From a virus (Duplodnaviria; Caudoviricetes), in the IMG/VR virus record IMGVR_UViG_3300031953_000004, positions 1 to 64,000 of that record: 64,000 nt of DNA; one strand, 5' to 3'. Positions 50,401 through 57,164 of this stretch are shown in pieces. The position numbers and the translations under genes were made by a program. Below the pieces are notes generated by a model. That model did no database searches. It had not been told where the DNA came from and saw only the letters and a program-made list of their open reading frames with translations. Position 1 is the first letter of the stretch, and the number at the start of each line of letters is the position of its first letter.

Positions 50401-53276
50401 ATGTGGTGGCGCTGAGGTATTCCCAGAAATCCAGCAATCCTTTTAACAAGGTCAATATGTATCCCTCAGAAATGAAGGATATGAAGAAAGCCAGGATCAA
50501 GATGCTATCCAATGAGAGCGTGTTCAAGAACCTGAAAAAGAACTATGCCTCAGGATTGTATGTGAATGCGATTGCTAAGAGCAAGGGGCAGGTCACAAGA
50601 CAGCTTTATGAAATCCCTAAATTCACAAAACAGGAGATCTCTGAAATCGAGAAGATAAAGATCAATAAGGAACGTGAGCGAGCTATCAGAAACCTCGCAT
50701 ATAAAAAGATGGTATTGATTCCCAATACACTTATCGGAAATGGGAACGTGAATTTGATCGGTATTCAGGATAGCTCTACCGGAAGTCCTATGGAACCAAC
50801 CTACAAAAAGACACAGGAAAAAGGGGTGGATCATATGACCCTCGGAACAATCTCTTATGAAGAGGCTATTTCCGCTATGGAACAAGAAGTGGGAATGGAT
50901 GCTAGAGTAGATTATGATTCCGAAGAGTTCTGGCAGGAGAAGGAACTTTCCTTCGCACAATACAATCAGGCCATGGAGTTCAATGAACACGTAAGCCCTA
51001 CGATGCGAAAAGCGATGTATGCCTCTTATCAAAAAAAAAAGATAGAGGCGAATGAGATCGCCAAGACATTGGAGGTAGAAGGCAGGTCCACAGAGGACTT
51101 GCTTTCCGATTATACAAAATACGGTGAAGAAGATGCCTATGCGTATTCCATTGTAATGACCCCGATCCTAAAGCAGCTTGCAAGGAACCTGATCGCGGAC
51201 CAGGCACAGCTGTTCAAGGATAATGGCGTGGAATCCAAAGGGGAAACAGGAGAGGATATCAGTGCCTTGAACGCACTATTCATATCAGGCTCTACCATTC
51301 CAAGCGACCATCCGGCAGCACAGGCAATGGCACGTACCTTGGAGCGTGAATACAAGACTTTTATCGGGGAGAAGAAAAAGTATATCAGGGAGATGAACGA
51401 CATCACCCAGAAGCTCTACGATGAGAAACTGAACTATGGGAACAACAGGATCGTCAGAGCATTGAAAAAACTGCGTGACAATGTATTTTACAGACAGGAG
51501 GTGTACCAGAAATTGTACGGGAACCTGGTTATCCGTGAAGAGGTCAAAGATGATAAGACGGGAAAGGTGACCTATGATTTCAGGTTACGTCCGGAAAAGG
51601 ATATACAGAAGGATTTTGAAGAGGGGAGGATCAGCAAGGCTGAGAAGGATTTTTATGATTACTTCAAGAAGACCACGAATGATCTGAAGGCTGATGTGAA
51701 GAATGAGCTAAAGGACTACATACCACATACTGCAATGACCACGATGGAAGCATTTGCTTCCAGGGGATTGCTCGGGTTGATGGCGAACAGCAGAGGGGAG
51801 AACGAAGCGTTGTCCGATGTAAAGCTATATCATAAAAATATAGAAGGAGAGAATAAGCTGATGAGCTTTCGGGAGATAGAAGACCAATTCAAGGCAGATG
51901 CCGCACAGCAGTACAAGAAAGCTGATGTGGAAAAAATCTTAGAGTATCAGAAGATAAAGAGAAAAGCCAAGAAGCTATTAAAAACAGGAAAGAACGATGA
52001 TGGTTCCACCATTAAGATGAGTATCGTATCGGTAGAAACCGCACTTGGATTTGGAGCTGTAAACAGGTTTGCCAACAACCGTTCTGTAAAGGCCACAGAA
52101 CTTCCGTCAATGGATTTAAATAAAGCTTTGGGAGATTATATTCACTCCACATTGTTTGTCAATGGAAACGAGAATTTTCAGGGGATGAAGAAGTTACAGG
52201 GATTGGTCGATGGTGTACTGGCGTACAACAGGGAGAAGGGATATGACAATATGAACTCGCACGTTCAGAAGGTGTGGAAAGATTATTTCATAAGGGGAAA
52301 AAGACAGGATTCTGTATTAGGAAAGAAAGCCGATAACGTGATACGTTCCTTGACAAGAATGAATTTATTCTATGCTTTGGGATATCAAGCCAATAAAAAC
52401 ACGCTTGGATTGTATGCGGTAGGAAATGTCCTTGTGGGGAAATACCACAATATTAAAGATTTAGGTGGGAAAGAGTGGATAAGGGGAGAAGCTAAATATT
52501 GGGGATTGGACAAAGGAATGCAGGGAGGACTCGAGGGAGTGTTCCAACGGCATAAAAGGATGCAGAGGATTTTGAAGAATATGAACTTTATGGATATCAA
52601 TATTTACGATGAGGTAAATATCGAGAAGAAGGAAGGTCTGGATAAGATGATAGGTAACCTTGCCCTGATGCCGATGCTGGCATCTGAACACTGGATTCAG
52701 CGGGTGCATATGTTGGGGTTATTGTCTGAAGAAGATCTGGGTAAATTCGATGATAACGGAGATTTAAAGCCTGGTGAGAAAGTTGATAATACTCGGCTTA
52801 TTGAATTGGAAGATAGAGTAAAGGCATCACACGGTAGAGGCTATCAGCCTACAGACCAACGTGCCATACAGATGTACAGCTACGGGAATATGATGATGCA
52901 GTTTGCCAAGTTCATTCCTACAATGGTACACGACAGGTTCAGCAAGCGTGATGTGAACATCTATGGTCGGGAGCATATTGGAACTCTTAGGGCGGTAGGT
53001 TCCACACTTAGGAACCTGATCAACAATCCTGAAGGAAAGTCGATGATGGAGTATTACAAAGGATTGCCCGAGCCTGAGAAGCAACGGGTACAAAGCGGAT
53101 TGCGAGGGATGGCACTGACAGGCATTATTGGTGCCGGTGCGATTATAACGGGAAGTAAGCTGGCAGATGAGTTGTACTGGGATAGCAACTACTATTTCAA
53201 CAGTAGTAAGCTTGGGAATAAAGTAATTCCGGCTGCAATTCAATCGACAGATCGGTTGTTATCTGGATTATTTTAA
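41412..53276 (+). CDS. Giant virion-packaged DNA-dependent RNA polymerase polyprotein
   Basis: 3954 aa; catalytic GGDFDGDSLF (48807-48821) preceded by ATRVPS; HELSH zincin motif (44904-44918); Gly-rich hydrophobic N-terminus; crAss-type position. Confidence 0.88.
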   Translation: MSNILDRRKARIKGEEEPQQIPEGQPDQFEAISQGRTPDYGDMDPEKKRKAAEEAQNPSRIDTPLNVPQGQEQEQAAQRNMVAGQQVGGMGVENSRDVQGDPTSWSPEYTMRSFADETANSFLYGAFGQVVHDVGGIAQLLGAAIPGSAMGTLKDGNWISNTLQEIGQDNMDDYQAYIPEELKNGKFGWADVINPKFYSVDIARQIPGMIAYIKAAKYAGGISRGILGQIAKRTPGTILGGTRTATAMGKEVYGSGAGLLGKLATDTGLTGAGETVAGILGAGLASNLIAGMLQASQLVNEHKNDKIGDTDELMFNEDELGEMASNTMKNNAAYLAVDMLSWGITYGGVGKLLKGKNALRGGRMYNKAERLGISGKMARMELAPLLKKTLIGSKNFAGKTAFEGLEESVQETWEEWASQKAYAEATGDPEKLLDPQGFYDYYTSPGNRKTIAVSAILGGVGANLMGGTGSSALLNKKAEEHYQLHNRKENLSTIMQHATEAEKTWTAFHRRDQLTDIAIDDNIPAERKQELFDGFLEKQIKEGTIDEKQVAQLEEMFTQAIDIKEKGEALNIKGLRALVQSNSDVAYFDDLMIQYKEEAAKQTAIISEAAAETGANVVPRLEGIQKKLDENLRNAAALKAYSIEQRTNLLLGKKANPLKLKVEKDEYGNEIVTGGLSTQDYNQFTKDGEVKPGSKNFVDFKSLTKKGKEAVGGIVDFFKSGKKEETTEDGKPKKSETDTFWDGVPEVEVTKEDFENFQNSKDGEISDDILKSIAKKMSGKSKNNTISKQERDIYNAKSAEVENFIKEFKAADDTAIANDAKNSKDKPKDKPKPPKDGKEPGKTEDDENEDVDDDPDPENSDSENAFTKAERNAKSIFGKVKGFVKDSVSGARNAINNQGLDTDVAKGEAKKYFKKMSDFFKDTKGIQSGMKAKAQKILTDVKALLDQDGELTTKVKAQLKAKMSDLSNLANTQMKSETLSDQKAREDEEGSTDYKADKNAIKDAADEAKAEVKEDAPVGKDARAMDFIKGKVNQVKNIQMVRQNLADAAFFKNLRERIKNFDGDSKSTDAISQNEIDNYLNKRSTINIYGPSDVDKMSAVNHALKNIFPEVDEVEHNGKKAGAPVRALIAKNLFDVVGSQGLGYSLASTIFIDSKAWDQDWVYMHELSHIFFKLGMQQSETKQAAREYMKNQPLVDQIMKTYHDMVIYNIKGEDGKLAPMTKKSAVATIMKRENVPSSIALQAFNHEVENKNILQAPMNEQGYIIEEVFTHSLQGPLSENYGKMFDIKNEPVRQKYTKSWWGAIRTRSEENYGESNVKQLLRTLDGREPLPGETQKDFILAAFSAVAKGAALDIQGMDARVTEIDMEYEAEIEDINERVRKSFKHDMEAISMMDEKELADMWEDAEIGLEENGNAFFNTAYNKHAQKATKMLHRFGIVYQKSLRQSFAKKNVGTEKPGDWKKRPEFDRDLFESHIFELAKENDRSAFIRHIENSALEEVQAFNRYMEHVYPETKMQLLNSMFYVMSNARHISGLTTVLTNKGDIEMYDSMSNTESAQSQNILEKLGKKFKGDAADLVEIEQLRAAVKRIYAMKAEDGDFVTVLRAYSGPSIRVGKILNEGSLVYKGNRMPIESVITGLVRRGEFFFETKGVKNPNTLSTYGGKFLAEAIVNTNRKFTPYSTIKNAQGNMESVRITNNNITNEVDDMIDFLSGKMKGKKPTKEEFLKRYSHENYKLQSKKGPNHNQNHNRLLEFMYDNYQKGIMPTVSQDHGLQDDKNDKGSVYKGSSDVEQRMKDFLMFVKSSRSPGRKNPNKTYIGQIGAFADSPRKFLMNMPRIAFEEVFNPDRSLKNDGKVLGSVYNLHQQLFNDDLSKSRKKFNQSLRDAINAQVAFVNDNAKAFGDIKTMQDYFENGKLTKEGENLIAEYEVNSSINGYNIVDAFLPGVKGDSVTKRLKMNGSPIYGFKNPNLKIEWLSFADEIINGSIAGTDSGQYILEKHAIKIQNAGKGVFEIKDGIKILNGHIEKDNAAFKGKSAYLKGFTTIVDENHPLYPAMNMRVEKYEKWYAKQPGNEGKLPSNDLGDGSLNHILIASPQSADKSGFFPKFQKDTDGVVSSISEVKVKFRGKDFNLDGAMLQPEALRLNPEYINDLMDAMYYTEGGEFIGISSQNFGPQQVMNGIENYSGTPVQLVNNVLVGAAASIGGMDKALEIQDLISEQKWEMLKGTLKKLESHNPVAYKKLLLDGLNKEDMNQGQRILIEEGGSIAAPYNTEILVNQLSKMIRRKGNKLQTPGSLSQQKPDISYNVKKGGVFTSKKLKNYQRNADGTNSPMEMVAPNNMEGKYHKREALTIYNAKHAIETRMKGWSNKKQSQSGEYDEMKALKDAAIDMARKRYGVNEKDALKHIGIEKNDAGVQIGWHVKGDIVIATRVPSSKPGDTGVFEIIDFDQNKKANQVVVPLEFNEYTGGDFDGDSLFIQAKGKGDQAKTYAKWNQAMDKIIDLWLSADMNDQIKAKMVFEKETQAIIDKIEIDFPKATRKPFPFSSEYRAKEYNNTMVSKRSVGIVFNIHKIANMLAAYEIPMKTGKSVKIGGREFQKFQDIEKGEASRNHRSAILANIILDNAAHGFADSLGLNEHNISFASVLVNMGVSLEDMGRLLNSEAAQLWAKHNRYNKSLFHETTSREKIVKAIYDELGVTDRPSADKINVNPKNAKERSEQANIVALFEMLSDINSEIQSVSGMMSGHNKIHVNPLVLNDQLEKYEKAIRNNNDNQVLNFSPEFRNNPDLKNYERVARATLEHTQVLHPVYRDATNEMLADFQKQIGGDLSESQIEEISRDILSWNASRLLGYNNTNKQELADIMSTDVNNKKSVFYKLGLYMDQMNKLDFDKSLLLTKALKVNLNHKYEKGMGIWANADMVNESFNPVERAQVQREFDEMPIDLQKALIVYDLAQRGWKGYNSIVPFFGKETIADINLASDLDLVSKNSTPIPTNVIKELKDVVALRYSQKSSNPFNKVNMYPSEMKDMKKARIKMLSNESVFKNLKKNYASGLYVNAIAKSKGQVTRQLYEIPKFTKQEISEIEKIKINKERERAIRNLAYKKMVLIPNTLIGNGNVNLIGIQDSSTGSPMEPTYKKTQEKGVDHMTLGTISYEEAISAMEQEVGMDARVDYDSEEFWQEKELSFAQYNQAMEFNEHVSPTMRKAMYASYQKKKIEANEIAKTLEVEGRSTEDLLSDYTKYGEEDAYAYSIVMTPILKQLARNLIADQAQLFKDNGVESKGETGEDISALNALFISGSTIPSDHPAAQAMARTLEREYKTFIGEKKKYIREMNDITQKLYDEKLNYGNNRIVRALKKLRDNVFYRQEVYQKLYGNLVIREEVKDDKTGKVTYDFRLRPEKDIQKDFEEGRISKAEKDFYDYFKKTTNDLKADVKNELKDYIPHTAMTTMEAFASRGLLGLMANSRGENEALSDVKLYHKNIEGENKLMSFREIEDQFKADAAQQYKKADVEKILEYQKIKRKAKKLLKTGKNDDGSTIKMSIVSVETALGFGAVNRFANNRSVKATELPSMDLNKALGDYIHSTLFVNGNENFQGMKKLQGLVDGVLAYNREKGYDNMNSHVQKVWKDYFIRGKRQDSVLGKKADNVIRSLTRMNLFYALGYQANKNTLGLYAVGNVLVGKYHNIKDLGGKEWIRGEAKYWGLDKGMQGGLEGVFQRHKRMQRILKNMNFMDINIYDEVNIEKKEGLDKMIGNLALMPMLASEHWIQRVHMLGLLSEEDLGKFDDNGDLKPGEKVDNTRLIELEDRVKASHGRGYQPTDQRAIQMYSYGNMMMQFAKFIPTMVHDRFSKRDVNIYGREHIGTLRAVGSTLRNLINNPEGKSMMEYYKGLPEPEKQRVQSGLRGMALTGIIGAGAIITGSKLADELYWDSNYYFNSSKLGNKVIPAAIQSTDRLLSGLF

Positions 53277-53309
53277 TATCTTTATGCAGTCAATTTGATA
53301 TTGGTTTTT

Positions 53310-53358
53310 AAAAAGCCCGTCTATTTCCCCCCAGAAAATAGAACGGGCTTTTTCTTTT
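53310..53358. terminator. Bidirectional terminator between convergent gene blocks
   Basis: AAAAAGCCCGT...ACGGGCTTTTT with inner CTATTT/AAATAG stem; T tracts on both strands. Confidence 0.85.
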
Positions 53359-53481
53359 ATCTAACCTTGTGCTTCCCCATAAGCACATTGTAAACATAAG
53401 ACAATATGTCGTATTATTTTAATAGACAGCTCTTTATTTTATGTTAAAGTTTTGAAGCCTAATGTTTTATGGGGGTTTTCC

Positions 53482-53793
53482 CTATCTTTCGTATCTACTT
53501 ATTTCATAATCTTCTAAGAACAAAGTAGTCCAGAAAGTACGTTCACAGTTAGTGCAATGCCACTGCTTATATTGACTTCCTGCAACAGAGGTCGGTACAC
53601 CTTTACCTCCACATCTAGGACATTTCTTTTTCTGAATTAAACGTAAATATCCGATTGGCACTACAACAGCTCCTATGAATGCGGGAAGCGCCCACCAAGA
53701 TTTTTGATCAAGGAAATAAAGCATTAATACAGTTCCTGATAACACGATTATCATCAGTCCAAGATTTTTGGATATAGCTATTAGATACTTCAT
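53482..53793 (-). CDS. Membrane protein with C-terminal Zn ribbon
   Basis: Two TM helices, CPRC...CTNC. Confidence 0.7.
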   Translation of the reverse strand: MKYLIAISKNLGLMIIVLSGTVLMLYFLDQKSWWALPAFIGAVVVPIGYLRLIQKKKCPRCGGKGVPTSVAGSQYKQWHCTNCERTFWTTLFLEDYEISRYER

Positions 53794-54017
53794 TTCTGTC
53801 TGCTCTTTTTAAAGCCTTCCACAAAACCCCGGTCATACATTGCGGTGTAGCTGGTGTCCTGCAGTCGGAGGATAGGCATCAGGGGAACGATGGGCTTGAT
53901 ACATAACTCCCGTTCATAGCAGTAGCCGTGAACGTAGCCGTCCTTCCAACCTTCTTCAATTGGATCCTGGAAAGCGAGGCACATCAGGATTCCGATAATC
54001 AATAATAGTTTTTTCAT
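53790..54017 (-). CDS. Small secreted/membrane protein with EGW.DGY / YDRGF.EG repeats
   Basis: Hydrophobic N-terminus; 4-nt overlap. Confidence 0.6.
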   Translation of the reverse strand: MKKLLLIIGILMCLAFQDPIEEGWKDGYVHGYCYERELCIKPIVPLMPILRLQDTSYTAMYDRGFVEGFKKSRQK

Positions 54018-54229
54018 TATTTCAATTTTTTAGGTTTTACAATTCCAAACATACTATTAGGCTGTATTTCAACAGCATCAGGAAATTCCCTTCTGTCACA
54101 GATTGTACCTTTCCTATTACAACCGGCATAACCGGAAGCATTCAGTCCTTTAATCCAAGCCACCCTTTCTTCGGGAGTGCTCTCTATAGAAAGGTCGTTT
54201 AGTTTAAAAATCTTATTGTCTTCTATCAT
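54017..54229 (-). CDS. Hypothetical protein
   Basis: Coupled overlaps; GYAGC...G.I.DRREFP motif. Confidence 0.6.
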   Translation of the reverse strand: MIEDNKIFKLNDLSIESTPEERVAWIKGLNASGYAGCNRKGTICDRREFPDAVEIQPNSMFGIVKPKKLK

Positions 54230-54429
54230 AGTTTATATTCTTTAGCATAATATCTATTGTATGAGGCCGTCGCTTCAAGGCGTGTATGTGGTCCTTGTGG
54301 TTTCGGGTAGTGTTTCTTTTCTCTTCGTTTCTTTAAAAACGGTTGTTTCTTCCTGAGGGCGATCAGCATAATGGTCAATGGATCTGGTTCAGATAAGAAG
54401 GTTCCCGCGGGAACAAGGTTGTCTAACAT
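54226..54429 (-). CDS. Small basic hypothetical protein
   Basis: ATG start MLDNLVP preferred over the TTG at 54462. Confidence 0.5.
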   Translation of the reverse strand: MLDNLVPAGTFLSEPDPLTIMLIALRKKQPFLKKRREKKHYPKPQGPHTRLEATASYNRYYAKEYKL

Positions 54430-54540
54430 AAATCGAATTGTTTTATAACCACCAAAAGACAAGCCAGAACGCAGAGAGCTGTTGTGATTCTCCTGCGATC
54501 ATTGTTTACAGCTTGTCCTTCAGGGTTAGTTTTAAGTGGC

Positions 54541-55143
54541 TTATTTTGCTTTTGAGCTCACATCGATCTGTGCAGCCATTAGGGCACCGGACTTTTCAAA
54601 TTCCCTGAGCCTGTTGTCAGGAGTAGCGTTCCAGTATTTAATATCCCAAGGCCAGAATTGATGTCTTCTGTTGACTTCTCTATGATCTGGACTAATAGCA
54701 TAAGCGATCGAGGCCATTGCGAGTTCTTCATCGCTGTAAAGGCTTTTGTCTTTTTCGATATCATAACCTTTGACTTCTTTCTGTCTGGCACGTTCCTCAC
54801 AGATGGCAGCACAACCGAGACCGAACTCAGATTTAATGGCTCGAAGCAAACTTTCTCTAGTAAGCTGCTTCATAGTTGAAATATTCCAGCCCCTATCATT
54901 TGGTTGAGGTGGAACCTTAATGTCAACTCCTTTTGGATAAAAGAAATACTCCTGAAAGCATTGCACACTACAGAAATGGAGATCTTTATTTTTACCTAAA
55001 GAAATTACTTTACGAGAAGCTTTTATATTATTTATTATCACAAGACTTTCTTCGTCTGTGCTTCCAATTGAAAGCCAATCTTTTAAATTTTCTACTTCGT
55101 GATTGCAATCAGCACAATCACAGGAATAATGTAAGTTTTTCAT
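54541..55143 (-). CDS. Zn-finger (TRASH-like) fused to conserved phage 'ERxRQ...WPW...R..L.KAGAL' domain
   Basis: CDCADC...HFCSVQC; EERARQKEVKGY...ELAMASIAYA...WPW...KSGALMAAQID. Confidence 0.65.
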   Translation of the reverse strand: MKNLHYSCDCADCNHEVENLKDWLSIGSTDEESLVIINNIKASRKVISLGKNKDLHFCSVQCFQEYFFYPKGVDIKVPPQPNDRGWNISTMKQLTRESLLRAIKSEFGLGCAAICEERARQKEVKGYDIEKDKSLYSDEELAMASIAYAISPDHREVNRRHQFWPWDIKYWNATPDNRLREFEKSGALMAAQIDVSSKAK

Positions 55144-55376
55144 TATGACGCGTTTTTAAAGTTATAACCTATTATTTGTCTTTCCCTTGTGATCATCCGT
55201 GCAGAAGCTTTTATGTCGTACTGCTGCCGGAGCAATCTCAGGTATAGGAACGGGTTGCTCTTGGTATTGATGAAGATGTTCCCCGTACTGCAATAAATTG
55301 CCCTGGCGATCTTCTCCACGTTCCGTAAGGTCATACGGCATACCACTGGTTCAGTATTTCTGAATACTACTTTCAT
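55143..55376 (-). CDS. Small basic hypothetical protein
   Basis: Tightly packed in the operon. Confidence 0.6.
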   Translation of the reverse strand: MKVVFRNTEPVVCRMTLRNVEKIARAIYCSTGNIFINTKSNPFLYLRLLRQQYDIKASARMITRERQIIGYNFKNAS

Positions 55377-55377
55377 A

Positions 55378-55692
55378 TTAATAAGCTACTTTTTTATCCC
55401 AACTAGGAATTGTTTTTTCAGCTCTATCCCAAAGAGCATCTAAGGTCTTTTTTAAAAGCTGAAAATAAAAGTTTCCGCATAGATGCATATAGCCATCTTC
55501 ATCACCAAAATTGATATGTGAACAACCATCCCACTTTATAGAGCCTTTTATATATTGCTCTTTTTCCGTGGGGTTGTCGTCATTATCCCATTCAGTAACT
55601 ATATATGTTGTAAAATTCATTACAACATCAGATTTAACTTCTGCTTCTATAAGAATTACAGGTGATGCATTATTGCTTATAAGTACTTCCAT
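55378..55692 (-). CDS. Hypothetical protein
   Basis: AT-rich; G.IKWDGCSHINF motif. Confidence 0.65.
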   Translation of the reverse strand: MEVLISNNASPVILIEAEVKSDVVMNFTTYIVTEWDNDDNPTEKEQYIKGSIKWDGCSHINFGDEDGYMHLCGNFYFQLLKKTLDALWDRAEKTIPSWDKKVAY

Positions 55693-56405
55693 TACAATAG
55701 TGTTTGTTGGTTACTCTTGGCTTTCCACTCGCGGTCTTCCTTCAACAACTGGTTAATGGTCGACTGCTGCCGTTCCACATAGTTCTTCAGGCTGTTGGTC
55801 TTGAAGGGGATCTTCCTGCTCATAGATGCCTGGTCAGTAAACAGATACCGGTTCGGGGTGAAGGTCTTTGCAAATAGGTTCGTCTTGATTCCGTGCTTCC
55901 CGCTGTTTGCCGGTACGATCTTGTTTATGTATAGGCCGTAGTAATGCATCAGGGTCTTCTGTATGAACGGAAAGACGTGAGAGGAACGAATGTTCCCCGA
56001 GAACTGCAATACGGCAGCTGGTGGCTTCACATCGATATATGACACGATCTCCATCTCATCCATCAGTTCCCGATAGTGGGAAACAAAGGTGGGGATCCCG
56101 AACCTGAAATGACCATCTGGCCAATACAATTCGGTAAAAACATTCAAGGCCTTTGGCATCCACACAACCCGGTAATCATACCCGTAGTGGGATGCCCCCA
56201 ATAGGGAGATGTCTTCCAGGGTATTGTCCTTGGTCTTGAAATGCTTCTCCCTCTTGTGGTCAAAGGAAGGGAATACTGTAAAGGTTTCCGGTTCCCTGTC
56301 ATAGTACTTGATGTACCCCTCTGCTTTAAGCTCGTCCAGATACCAGGAGAAGTAAAGTTCTCCTGGATTGATATCTGTCTGCTTGGGTGCTTTCCCATTA
56401 TTCAT
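55692..56405 (-). CDS. PD-(D/E)xK nuclease (DUF1064-like)
   Basis: ELYF..YL.EL...GYI...EPETF...Y.YDY.V.W...YIDVKP. Confidence 0.6.
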   Translation of the reverse strand: MNNGKAPKQTDINPGELYFSWYLDELKAEGYIKYYDREPETFTVFPSFDHKREKHFKTKDNTLEDISLLGASHYGYDYRVVWMPKALNVFTELYWPDGHFRFGIPTFVSHYRELMDEMEIVSYIDVKPPAAVLQFSGNIRSSHVFPFIQKTLMHYYGLYINKIVPANSGKHGIKTNLFAKTFTPNRYLFTDQASMSRKIPFKTNSLKNYVERQQSTINQLLKEDREWKAKSNQQTLL

Positions 56406-57162
56406 AGTGCTTGCTTATTTCACCACCGAACAGGTTGCCCTGATCTTTGGTTATTTCCACATTCTCCTTGGAAGGTGGTGGTGGCAATACAGGACTTGAT
56501 TCCTTAAAGATAGCATTCACCGTTTCATTTCTTACAAATGATTCAAGGTTGTCATACTTGAAGCTCTCCACAGCGGCATCGTACTCCGGCATAATATACC
56601 CAAAGAAATGCTTCCTGTTCTTGAAGGTGAACTTCACAGGCTTGTTCTGTGCAATGAAATCCAACACGATATAGTCTGACTTGAACAAAGCTGTCAGCGT
56701 ATCGTAGATCAGCTTTAATGACTGAAACGGAATCGCAATGGAGCTGACCAGGTTGTCCTTCATCTTGTCCAGAGCAATTAGGTTCTTTAGCGGTTCATAG
56801 AAGCTCACGTCCACTTCCTTGTGGTGGAGTTCCTTTGCGTACTTTGGGGTTTCGATATAGAGCATCCCGTTACGGACTTCCATATTCGCCCCTGCAGTAA
56901 GCTCGTTCCAGTACTTGTCGTTGAAGAGCTTCCCTTCCATCAGGAACAGGATGCTTTCAAGGTCTTCCAGTTCATCGCGGTTGTCGATATCACAGTCGAG
57001 GGTGAAGTACTCATAGAGGTCCACCACCAGGCAGAAGTCGTTCCGGAAGATGATTGCATGTTGATTGATAACGGCAATCCCTTTTCGGGGATCGCCATCG
57101 GGATAGTCCTTGGTGTCTTTCAACAAGGCTTTATTAAGCTTGGGGAATGTTAGGTTTATCAT
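56398..57162 (-). CDS. Sliding-clamp (beta-clamp-like) protein
   Basis: C-terminal IAIPFQSLKLI...IVLDFIAQNKPVKF...FGYIMP pattern resembles clamp domain III. Confidence 0.5.
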   Translation of the reverse strand: MINLTFPKLNKALLKDTKDYPDGDPRKGIAVINQHAIIFRNDFCLVVDLYEYFTLDCDIDNRDELEDLESILFLMEGKLFNDKYWNELTAGANMEVRNGMLYIETPKYAKELHHKEVDVSFYEPLKNLIALDKMKDNLVSSIAIPFQSLKLIYDTLTALFKSDYIVLDFIAQNKPVKFTFKNRKHFFGYIMPEYDAAVESFKYDNLESFVRNETVNAIFKESSPVLPPPPSKENVEITKDQGNLFGGEISKHYE

Positions 57163-57164
57163 AG

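Noticed and set aside
2279-53243. Numerous antisense and alternate-frame ORFs in the track (e.g. 34249..34983, 43457..44209, 13298..13972)
   Set aside because: They are shadows of long sense genes with low-complexity translations; no motifs or expression signals
6773-53276. Stop-codon reassignment (TAG/TGA), common in some crAss-like phages
   Set aside because: Long genes (TerL, portal, muzzle, 3954-aa RNAP) are intact in code 11; TAG and TGA end genes at natural boundaries; no suppressor tRNA seen
53360-53480. Small hairpins (TGTGCTT/AAGCACA; GACA/TGTC) and a short + strand ORF after the terminator
   Set aside because: Weak and consistent with a terminator-proximal spacer; no support for an independent feature
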